Source of the DNA: Opitutales bacterium
GTDB taxonomy: Bacteria > Verrucomicrobiota > Verrucomicrobiia > Opitutales > CAXXNP01
NCBI GenBank assembly: GCA_963665345.2
Contig: OY762281.2
Location: forward strand, 1,382,563 to 1,446,562
Direction: 5' to 3'
DNA: 64,000 nt
Shown: positions 8,757 to 16,639 of the stretch, piece by piece
Position numbering within the stretch: position 1 is the first letter of the stretch
How the letters are laid out: every line of letters begins with the position of its first letter
Translations under genes and position numbers: made by a program
The notes under the pieces: model-generated
Database searches by the model: none
The model's input: only the letters and a program-made list of their open reading frames with translations
Told to the model about the DNA's origin: nothing

Positions 8757-9098
8757 TCACAGTTCTAACCTGGAGGTCGAAGAGCCACGGCAAGGTCCGG
8801 CTTTCCTTTTGTTTAGGCAGGACCGCCTCCCAACCGGTCCATTTTTACGGTGCCTACGCGTGTTCCAAACGCCGACTTCTAAGCACTCTTCGAGGTACTC
8901 CCTCGCACATCTCTCGACTATGTTCCGGGCTGCTTTACACGGCCAGACGTCGTTTTCATCAGCCGGTGCTTTTGCCAGAAGCACGCCAATGGCTGGGTCA
9001 GCTTCCCTGAGATTTTCCTGTTCGCCGCATATCGTTCGCACTTCACTCACCCATTGAATCAGGCGCTCGGCCTCCGCTGGATCATCGATCGCCTCCAT
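8757..9098 (-). CDS. hypothetical protein (4th gene of the islet operon)
   Basis: 113-aa ORF starting 8 nt after the stop of the upstream gene. The N-terminal half is acidic. The C-terminal tail is basic and low-complexity (RRHRKNGPVGRRSCLNKRKAG), so the 3' end may be decayed. No family recognised. Confidence 0.45.
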   Translation of the reverse strand: MEAIDDPAEAERLIQWVSEVRTICGEQENLREADPAIGVLLAKAPADENDVWPCKAARNIVERCAREYLEECLEVGVWNTRRHRKNGPVGRRSCLNKRKAGPCRGSSTSRLEL

Positions 9099-9106
9099 GC
9101 GCTGCT

Positions 9107-9700
9107 TCAGATGCGCTGGACTTCCTCGGTCTCTGGGCGCGCGAAATACTTTGTAAGCCTTATCAGGAAGTAGTAGAACCCATTCTGTGAGAACGACGCA
9201 ACGCGCCTTCCCGCAGAAAGCGCAGTACTGTATAGGTTGCTGCTCACTGCTGACATGCGCTCCAGCAGGATTACGGCGCCCTCGCGAAATCCGGGACAGT
9301 CCGCCAGATATAGAATCTCGTACACCTTGTTCTGCTTCACGCTATGCAAAAAGTCCGCTGCCGCAGCGCGATTCCGTCGGCCCCTTCGAATGCCTCCCTC
9401 AAATGCTGAGAATTCGAACACGGGCACAACGGTAATGAACTCCGATCTACCGGGCTGCAAGTCACAGGTGTTGTTGACCACGGCAACCGTGAATACAGCC
9501 CTCCTCGCCGCACCGCCGGCGTCGATGATGGCGAAAGGCATCCCATCCACCAAATCCCCCTGTAGCCTCTCTTCATCAGGATGCGGGTCGACAAGAAGCG
9601 GTGGCGTTTCCGGCTCCTGGTGGAGCCAATCCAGGAAGGCCTGGAGGCTACTCCCCTGAAACAAGCCGCTATGCCTCGCAGCCTCGTCGAGATACATCAT
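9107..9700 (-). CDS. hypothetical protein (3rd gene of the islet operon)
   Basis: 197-aa ORF whose ATG overlaps the upstream stop (ATGA at 9700-9697). Motifs seen: VVNNTCDLQPGR..FITVVPVFEF and a C-terminal ..SQNGFYYFLIRLTKYFARPE. No family confidently recognised. Confidence 0.6.
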   Translation of the reverse strand: MMYLDEAARHSGLFQGSSLQAFLDWLHQEPETPPLLVDPHPDEERLQGDLVDGMPFAIIDAGGAARRAVFTVAVVNNTCDLQPGRSEFITVVPVFEFSAFEGGIRRGRRNRAAAADFLHSVKQNKVYEILYLADCPGFREGAVILLERMSAVSSNLYSTALSAGRRVASFSQNGFYYFLIRLTKYFARPETEEVQRI

Positions 9701-9984
9701 TCGAACTGAGCGAGGAAGAAGTCGTCCACGGCACTTCTCTCCCAGTCCACCATCGGGCGCATGCTGCGCAGGGCCGCGTTGGCTGCAGCAAGGAGACTCA
9801 CCGGCCTGGAAATCTCATCGCCCGCGCCTGACGTCGAGTCACTCCAGTTCCAAACCGTCACCTCTGTCGGTTGAACCTGGTCGAACTCGTATTCCAGCGT
9901 AGAGGCAGTGTTGGACGGTGCGCCATGTAAGCCAGCCAGTACACCGAGCGCCAACAGTGGAGAATCAATTCTTACAGATGCCAT
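9697..9984 (-). CDS. small acidic hypothetical protein (2nd gene of the islet operon)
   Basis: 95-aa ORF overlapping the end of the TIGR04255-like gene by 20 nt and the next gene by 4 nt. No family recognised. Confidence 0.5.
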   Translation of the reverse strand: MASVRIDSPLLALGVLAGLHGAPSNTASTLEYEFDQVQPTEVTVWNWSDSTSGAGDEISRPVSLLAAANAALRSMRPMVDWERSAVDDFFLAQFE

Positions 9985-10738
9985 TTTCCCTGATCGGATC
10001 GAATAACTCTCTCGTATTATCCTTTAGAAATGCTTCGAACGCAAGCGCTTGTGGTTCATGCACCAACTCCAGACGATCAGGGAGCTCGTCGCCACGCGCA
10101 TTTCCGGCGAGGATCACATCGAAATCGAACATCACGGTGCTGGAACCCGCTTCCTCTGACCGAATGGTGCCGATATTGCAGACGGCCCGAAGTCCCTCCT
10201 CAAGCTCATTATCGTAGTGAATTTGCACTTTACCACCGGGACGTCTGAATCGATCCGGTATAGGAATCCGAAATTCGAACCAGTCTTCCCAATTGAGCGG
10301 AGTTTCCGGAATCTCAATTCTGTCGATATATCGTAACCCTAGCCGAGAAAGGCCCTCAATGCCCAAAACAGAATGCGCCTCGGAGAATCGACTCAGAATC
10401 ATCGGTTTAAATCCTTCGCGCCATCCCGGATAGACGGCGAGGTGATTGACTGCCATCAGAGTCGGCGCTAACTGAACCAGTTTCTTTCCATCCGACGAGC
10501 GGCATATCAGCTTGCTGCCAAGGTGCTCTTCCCTGGCTTGAATCCCGTCGATGCTGATCTTGAATCCAAGCTTTTTCTCCTCAGCGAGATTTTGAACGGG
10601 ATACAGCTCCTTCCACACGGGTCGAAGCTGCTCAATTTCATCTTCCTTCAGAGGTTGCGAACGGTCGAAATGAATCTCACAAATCACCTCTTGGAGCGGC
10701 GGCTTCCCGTATTTCGTCTCCTGGCGCGGCATCAACAA
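9965..10738 (-). CDS. TIGR04255-like uncharacterised protein (1st gene of the islet operon)
   Basis: The N-terminal KYGKPPLQEVICEIHFD matches the Y-x-x-P-P-[LI]-x-E-[VA]-x-x-E-[IF]-x-F start I associate with TIGR04255. The length (257 aa) fits. Needs HMM confirmation. Confidence 0.7.
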   Translation of the reverse strand: MLMPRQETKYGKPPLQEVICEIHFDRSQPLKEDEIEQLRPVWKELYPVQNLAEEKKLGFKISIDGIQAREEHLGSKLICRSSDGKKLVQLAPTLMAVNHLAVYPGWREGFKPMILSRFSEAHSVLGIEGLSRLGLRYIDRIEIPETPLNWEDWFEFRIPIPDRFRRPGGKVQIHYDNELEEGLRAVCNIGTIRSEEAGSSTVMFDFDVILAGNARGDELPDRLELVHEPQALAFEAFLKDNTRELFDPIRENGICKN

Positions 10739-10832
10739 TAGTCAGAATCGGTGATCCATGTGCCTTCTGTCGAGCACTTCTTCCCCAACCCCGTTGTGAT
10801 CGATTAGAATCTCTGACAGTCCCCCAAGAAGA

Positions 10833-11147
10833 TTGGGCAGCTTCGGAACGCTCTCCTGTTATCGCTGCGGTGGCGAGCTTCAGCTTTCCTGGGATGATGG
10901 CCCGGATTACAGTTGGTCTTGCCTGGAGGGCTGCGGACCACGCATCCGAACAGGAGCGCTGATTACTGAAACGGATTCCCAGTTTCTCGCGAGTGGCGGA
11001 AGGGGTTACCGTAGGCGCCTTCGTGCCACCGATACTTCGCTTTATGTTCGGCCGGAGCGAACCACCTCAGAGGTTCTACTGAGTGCCAGGGTGTGCATGC
11101 CCTATCCATTGCAGCACTTCATCGAATGCACGATGATGGTCTGCTAA
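10833..11147 (+). CDS. possible small Cys-rich (zinc-ribbon-like) protein, divergent from the operon
   Basis: ORF with a TTG start containing CYRCGG...SCLEGCG. No other support, so it could be non-coding. Confidence 0.25.
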   Translation: MGSFGTLSCYRCGGELQLSWDDGPDYSWSCLEGCGPRIRTGALITETDSQFLASGGRGYRRRLRATDTSLYVRPERTTSEVLLSARVCMPYPLQHFIECTMMVC

Positions 11148-11304
11148 ATGGGCATCTACAGGAATTTATTGGTTCCTCATCTCGATAATGTCGATGTCCT
11201 GGACCATGTGCTCCACGCAAGTGTCATTAGCCCTTGGGTTAACACCATTGAGGGAAAGCGGTTAACACCATCGAGATCATCGATATCTCCGAGCATCAGC
11301 CCGC

Positions 11305-11593
11305 CGCATCCCGTCCGCGAAATGGCGCGAACTGATCAAGAAGGTCTGGGAAGCCGACCCGCTGCTCTGCCCCACATGCTCACGGGAAATGCGGATCGTC
11401 GTGCTTATCGACGACCGGACCGTGATCGAGCGCATCTTGCGGCATCTGGGCCTGTGGGAACAGTTCGCGCGGGTGTTTCTCTCCAAGGGCACCTCCGGAA
11501 CCGGCCGAATGGGTCATTGGACCCTCCCTGGATGACCCATTTCCCGACTACGACACCGAACCCATCTACTTGTCTTCCGAAGCTTCGGCGTAG
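11305..11593 (+). pseudogene. IS91-family (Y2/rolling-circle) transposase C-terminal remnant
   Basis: One frame reads RIPSAKWRELIKKVWEADPLLCPTCSREMRIVVLIDDRTVIERILRHLGLWEQ. After a frameshift it continues PSLDDPFPDYDTEPIYLSSEASA*. This is the typical zinc-finger tail of IS91-type transposases; the N-terminal roughly 300 aa are missing. Confidence 0.7.
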
Positions 11594-12071
11594 GAGGATG
11601 GCGTAGGCGAACGGCTGAACGCTCGCGATAGGTGGGGCCTGTCGCCGGATGCCGGTCTCCGGCTCGACCAAGCCCCCCGTGGGTATTCCGGGGCGGCTCG
11701 GGAATACCCACGGGGGGCTTACCGCTTCGTCCTTGCCTTCTCATGTCCCCTTTCTGCCAACACCCCGGCCGTGACAACGCTGTTTCAGGCCGGTCGAAAC
11801 GGGCCCGTGCCCGTACCGGCTGAAAAGCGATTTCTTATCAGTATGCGGGCGTGAGCGGCGGGGATTTCTCGAAGATAAACGGCAAAAATGTCAAAAAGAT
11901 CGACATGACCCCTTACCCGTTGCCGATCAGGTGCTCTCCCCAAGGAATTCTGTCCGGTTCCTGATGATCCAGCGTTGTGAGTACGCGTTCTCTTGGTAGC
12001 ATTGTTCTCCTCCCCAGCGGTACAACAGAATGCTCAAGCCTTTTACCTGCCGTTTGCGCATTGTCAATGGC

Positions 12072-12091
12072 GAGGTCGTTTGCCCCGCTCG
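12072..12091 (+). other. possible decayed copy of the tRNA-Ala 3' end (candidate attR)
   Basis: GAGGTCG..TTTGCCCCGCTCG compared with tRNA 7527-7551 GAGGTCGGCGGTTCGATCCCGCTCG. A 7-mer and an 8-mer are shared in the same order, with a 5-nt gap. Confidence 0.3.
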
Positions 12092-12158
12092 CGGTGCGGA
12101 TATGCTGTTGGGGCGGCAGGACGGGGTTCGTACATTCGGATTTTAAAAAAGGATCATT

Positions 12159-13214
12159 ATGCCCAAAACCTATACAGCCGCAGTCGTCGGTGCAGGCGGA
12201 GGCGGAAAAGCCAGCCTCAAAGGTCTCTCCGATTCAGATCGTTATGATCTACGCGCAGTCACGGATCTCAACCCCGAAGTTCAAGAAGAAATCAAAGGCC
12301 TTTACCCAGGCATCCAAACCTTTTCCAACCACCGCAACATGTTTGCCCAATGCCCCACCGACATTGTCTGCGTCTCAACCTGGCCACCGTCACATCTCGA
12401 AATCACACGCGAGGCCCTCAATTTACCCCTCACTGGCATTGTCGTTGAAAAACCTCTGGCTGACAACGCCGCCGCCGGTCGCACCATTTGCAACCTCATT
12501 CACGAAAAAAACCTGCCCGTTGCAGTCCCTCACGGCCTTCTTGTATCCGAACACATCGACCGCATTATGGCCCATGCACACAATGGCGATCTGGGTGACA
12601 TCAAGCTGATCGAAATCCAATGTACCAATTGGGACATTATCAACGCAGGCATTCACTGGCTCAACTTTGTTGTAAACCTCGTTAATGAACCCTTCGACCA
12701 CGTCCTCGCCGCCTGTGACAAAACCACGCGCACATATAGAGATGGCATGCAAGTCGAAACCCTTTCCGTCACAACAGCCCAAACCAAAAGCGGCATTCGC
12801 ATCGTCATGCACATAGGCGATCATGTCACTGTCAATGGCGATGGTGGTGTCGTCTTTCGCATTCTCGGCACAGACGGCGACATCGAATTCTACGGCTGGA
12901 AGTCGGCTTATCGCATTCGCAACGCCGATCACCCCAGCGCTGAACTCATCGATGTACCCGCACGCCCCGGCACCCGGCATCAGCTTCACCTTGAAAACCT
13001 CGCCAATCAAATGGATCGCAACGAACTGGACTATCGCCTCATTGAAAGCTCATGGGCAGCCCTTGAACTATGCGAAGCAGCTTACGTTTCTGCCCGTCAT
13101 GGCTGCGCCATCTCGTTCCCCCTCGCCGACTTTCCCATTCCCGACAAAAACGATTGGGACCCCGGCATTCCCTACAGCGGTTCGGGCGGTGGGAGGAACG
13201 GGCGGACACTTTAG
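12159..13214 (+). CDS. Gfo/Idh/MocA family oxidoreductase
   Basis: N-terminal Rossmann motif AAVVGAGGGGKASL, followed by VVEKPLA. Confidence 0.88.
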   Translation: MPKTYTAAVVGAGGGGKASLKGLSDSDRYDLRAVTDLNPEVQEEIKGLYPGIQTFSNHRNMFAQCPTDIVCVSTWPPSHLEITREALNLPLTGIVVEKPLADNAAAGRTICNLIHEKNLPVAVPHGLLVSEHIDRIMAHAHNGDLGDIKLIEIQCTNWDIINAGIHWLNFVVNLVNEPFDHVLAACDKTTRTYRDGMQVETLSVTTAQTKSGIRIVMHIGDHVTVNGDGGVVFRILGTDGDIEFYGWKSAYRIRNADHPSAELIDVPARPGTRHQLHLENLANQMDRNELDYRLIESSWAALELCEAAYVSARHGCAISFPLADFPIPDKNDWDPGIPYSGSGGGRNGRTL

Positions 13215-13290
13215 GGTCCTCACCCCCCCGGCCCCCTCTCCCAAAGGTGGGAGAAGGGGAGTTTATAATCAATCTTTGGAGAATATTCAT

Positions 13291-14355
13291 ATGATCAAAT
13301 TTGGAATCGTTGGCACAGGATGGCGGTCACACTTTTTTCATCGAGCAGCGCATGCCTGTCCTGATCTTTTTACATGCGTTGGTGTTGTCACTCGCGACCC
13401 AGAACGCGCAGCGCCATTGGGTGAGCAATACGGCGTAAATCTTTATCCTGCACTCGATGACTTGCTTGCGCAAAAACCCGACTACGTCGTCACCAGTGTG
13501 CCCTGGCCCGTCAATCCGGGTCTCTTGCACCAACTCGCCGATGCCAATATGCCTGCCTTAGCCGAAACGCCGCCTGGCCCAACGACAGAAGAAATGGCTG
13601 GCCTTTGCAAACGAACGCAAGACGGTGCCATCATCCAGGTGGCCGAACAATATTTCCTACAGCCGCATCATGCAGCCAAACTCGCCTTTATCGAAACCGG
13701 CAGACTCGGCACCATCTCTCAAGCCCAAGTATCCGCCGCGCACGGTTATCACGGCATCAGCCTCATTCGCAAATTTCTTGGCATCGGCTTTGAATGCCCC
13801 ACCATTACAGCTCACGAATTTACCTCGCCACTTACAAAAGGTCCCAATCGCGACGGTCCACCTGAAGAAGAAAGCACCGGCAACAGCAAACAAACCATCG
13901 CTTATCTCAACTTTGGCGACCGCTTAGGTGTATTTGACTTTGCCGGAGATCAATACTTCTCTCACATCCGCAACCAGCGTGTGCTCATTCGCGGTGACCG
14001 CGGCGAAATCATCAACGATACAGCCACCTATTTAAAAGATTACCTCACACCCGTTACCGTACACTTCACCCGACAGTGCGCTGGCCCCGAAGGCAACCTC
14101 GAAGGCAACCACCTCAAAGGGTATCAAGCCGGTGAATCCTGGATCTACCAAAACCCCCTTGCTCCCGGCGAACTCTCCGACGACGAAATAGCCGTAGGCC
14201 ATTGCATGCGCCTTATGGGCGAACACGTCAACGGCGGTGATCCCGTTTACCCTTTAGAAGAAGCCTGCCAAGATCACTACCTCAACCTGTGCATTCAACA
14301 AGCACAACAGGAGAATAAATCAGTCACAGTTGAACCTCAATCTTGGGCATTATAG
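13291..14355 (+). CDS. Gfo/Idh/MocA family oxidoreductase
   Basis: MIKFGIVGTGWRSHFF start at ATG 13291. The ORF-track start at 12823 is an out-of-frame overlap with the preceding gene. Confidence 0.85.
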   Translation: MIKFGIVGTGWRSHFFHRAAHACPDLFTCVGVVTRDPERAAPLGEQYGVNLYPALDDLLAQKPDYVVTSVPWPVNPGLLHQLADANMPALAETPPGPTTEEMAGLCKRTQDGAIIQVAEQYFLQPHHAAKLAFIETGRLGTISQAQVSAAHGYHGISLIRKFLGIGFECPTITAHEFTSPLTKGPNRDGPPEEESTGNSKQTIAYLNFGDRLGVFDFAGDQYFSHIRNQRVLIRGDRGEIINDTATYLKDYLTPVTVHFTRQCAGPEGNLEGNHLKGYQAGESWIYQNPLAPGELSDDEIAVGHCMRLMGEHVNGGDPVYPLEEACQDHYLNLCIQQAQQENKSVTVEPQSWAL

Positions 14356-14357
14356 GA

Positions 14358-14390
14358 AACCCCCCGGAGCGATAATCGCTCCGGGGGGTT
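14358..14390. terminator. 14-bp perfect GC-rich hairpin between convergent genes
   Basis: AACCCCCCGGAGCG ataat CGCTCCGGGGGGTT begins 3 nt after the stop at 14355. The weak T-tract suggests a bidirectional or Rho-assisted terminator. Confidence 0.5.
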
Positions 14391-14460
14391 CGCTTGCCAG
14401 GCGCTGTCCACGATCGCGACGCGCGTTCAAAGCGCCCTGTTCTTGAGGAATGAGGCGGCA

Positions 14461-14540
14461 TCGAGGGGTTCGCAGCGTTGTGCAGCCGGGCAAAGCCCTG
14501 TGGGCTTCCTCCCGGCTGCCCGCCTTGCGCTGCCCCTCGA
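14461..14540. other. 80-nt four-tier extended hairpin (structured element, function unknown)
   Basis: Nested perfect complements: TCGAGGGG/CCCCTCGA, GCAGCG/CGCTGC, GCAGCCGGG/CCCGGCTGC, and AAGCCC tgt GGGCTT at the tip. Confidence 0.5.
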
Positions 14541-14587
14541 TGGCGCTCTCACCTGTGTAAAGGAATTTGCGGGACACCACACTAGGA

Positions 14588-15421
14588 TCAGCTCGTTCGC
14601 TTTGCCGTGAAACCGAGTTCGTGCTCGATGAGGCCGACGTCGTAGACCGAATCGTACTCGTGTCCAGGCTGCTCGAAAAAGGATAGATCCACATCATTTC
14701 CCCACCAGTTTCTTAGAATCTCTGCCACGGGAACTGCCGCCCATGTTTTCGGTCCCGCTGCGTTCATGATGCGAACTCCGGGGCTGTAGGGAGCTTCCGC
14801 GGCCAGGCTGAAGGCGCAGACGGCATCGCTGCGCGCCATCACCGTAATGTGACCGAGTGACCACTTGCTCAATGCTGTCACACGTCTGAGCGGCGGCATA
14901 TTCTCGTCCGGCGCCACCGACGAGAGACGAAGGTTGATCACATCGATCCCCTCGTTTTGGCGATGGTAGTACTTCGTGACCTCTTCCATGAGGTATTTGG
15001 AAAAGCCGTAGCCGTCGCGGTCCAGACAAGGGTGCTCGTCGGGGATAGGGATCTGAAAAGGCCTGAAGCGCTTGCTCTGAAAGCCAACCGCCGCAATGGA
15101 ACTGGCCATAACGAATTTCTTGCAGCCGGAATCCATCAGGTACCTCATCAGGCAGCGTGGACCCTCGACGTTAACGAGCATGGCGTCTCGTTCGAGACAA
15201 CCACCCGTAACCGCGGCAAGGTGGACGACCGCATCGATTCGCCGGTCGTTGAGCCGGCTCAGGTCCTCAAACGAGCCGAAATCACCCCGAATCCAAGGGA
15301 GATTCAGGTCGGGATTGTTCCGGCTCATGCAGACCACGTCATGGTGCGCCGACATGGAGGTGGCAAGGGCACGGCCAATAAATCCACTCGCTCCGGTCAA
15401 CAGTATTGTGCTCATCGACAC
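14588..15421 (-). CDS. NAD-dependent epimerase/dehydratase (extended SDR)
   Basis: ILLTGASGFIGRAL glycine-rich motif and YGFSK (YxxxK) catalytic motif. Confidence 0.9.
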   Translation of the reverse strand: MSMSTILLTGASGFIGRALATSMSAHHDVVCMSRNNPDLNLPWIRGDFGSFEDLSRLNDRRIDAVVHLAAVTGGCLERDAMLVNVEGPRCLMRYLMDSGCKKFVMASSIAAVGFQSKRFRPFQIPIPDEHPCLDRDGYGFSKYLMEEVTKYYHRQNEGIDVINLRLSSVAPDENMPPLRRVTALSKWSLGHITVMARSDAVCAFSLAAEAPYSPGVRIMNAAGPKTWAAVPVAEILRNWWGNDVDLSFFEQPGHEYDSVYDVGLIEHELGFTAKRTS

Positions 15422-15448
15422 TCTCTCTGCGCCAAGAAGCCGGCGACG

Positions 15449-16468
15449 TCAATCTCGCCAGTCGATGACGACACCGACAATATCCTCGGCCGTTCCTTCA
15501 TTGATTCGCTGATACATGGCGGGCGCATCCGCGTAAGAAATTCGATGGGTAATACAGCGCTCCCATTGCAGCGCTCCCATCGCCATGTTCTTCAGGACGG
15601 CCCGCCGGCAGGGCTGCCAGCCGTCATCACAGGGAAAGAACATTTTCAAACGGCGACCGTGCGGAGCGGTGAAGTCCATCGACACCGGCAGGTCGCCGTA
15701 GTGGCCCTGCCAGACAAAGCTGCCGTGCCGGCGGCATAACGCGATCGCCGGATCGATACACTGCGGAAGTCCCGTGCACTCGAACACCACATCGGCGCCA
15801 CCGGGAGCGATGCGCTCCACGTGCTCGGCCACATCGAGGGCACGCCCGTCGATCGCATAGTCGGCTCCGAACGCCTTGGCGAGGGCAAGCCGCCGGTCGT
15901 TGATATCCACGGCAACCACCACGCAGCCGCGGTGGGTGCACGCGGCCACGACGCCCAGCCCGATCAGGCCGGTACCGTGCACAACTACCGTCTCTCCCAT
16001 CCGGGGGTTCGCCATATCCACTCCGTAGAGCCCTACCGCAGGCATAACGAACATACAGGCTATGTCCAATGCAACGCCCGGGACCATATGGGCTATCCCA
16101 TGGGTTGTGTTGGGCCTCGTGACTGCGTGGCTGCAATGGCCGCCGACAAGGCAAGTGACCGAAGGCCCGTGGGCGAGTGCCATGGAATCATTCCCCCGGA
16201 AGTAGACCTCGTCGCCGACCGCGAAATTGTCGATCTCCGTTCCCACCGCTTCGATCACTCCCGTGCCCATATAACCCGTGCAGAGGGGATAAGGCCGCGA
16301 CAGCTTACTGCGGATAAACGCGAATTCCGTCCCGATGCTTACTCCGGTATAGAGCGTTCGAATAGCCACTTGATCGGAAGCGGGATCCTTCAGGATCACG
16401 TCCTCGATAGAGAAGGTCTGCTTCTCATCACATATGAGTGCTCTTGCCCTCATCGAATCGTCCTCCAA
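15449..16468 (-). CDS. zinc-type alcohol dehydrogenase (MDR superfamily)
   Basis: Shows GVSIGTE, GHCSH, and the Rossmann motif VVVHGTGLIGLGVV. The start may be the internal MRARAL at 16453. Confidence 0.88.
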   Translation of the reverse strand: MEDDSMRARALICDEKQTFSIEDVILKDPASDQVAIRTLYTGVSIGTEFAFIRSKLSRPYPLCTGYMGTGVIEAVGTEIDNFAVGDEVYFRGNDSMALAHGPSVTCLVGGHCSHAVTRPNTTHGIAHMVPGVALDIACMFVMPAVGLYGVDMANPRMGETVVVHGTGLIGLGVVAACTHRGCVVVAVDINDRRLALAKAFGADYAIDGRALDVAEHVERIAPGGADVVFECTGLPQCIDPAIALCRRHGSFVWQGHYGDLPVSMDFTAPHGRRLKMFFPCDDGWQPCRRAVLKNMAMGALQWERCITHRISYADAPAMYQRINEGTAEDIVGVVIDWRD

Positions 16469-16639
16469 TGACCCCTTGTACGACTACGACGCCGAAACGG
16501 CCGCGATGCGGGCGAACGCGTGAGCCACGGCAACGGTCTACTGTCAAACGGCGCTTTTACTCGCATCCAGCCGGATTTTTTGACAACCCTCTGCCCGAAA
16601 AGCAATTTCTTTTCAATTTGCTTCCTATCGGTCTAACCC

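Noticed and set aside
12823-13290. Long N-terminal extension of the second Gfo/Idh/MocA ORF (510 aa)
   Set aside because: The extension overlaps the preceding oxidoreductase gene in another frame. The Rossmann motif begins right after the ATG at 13291.
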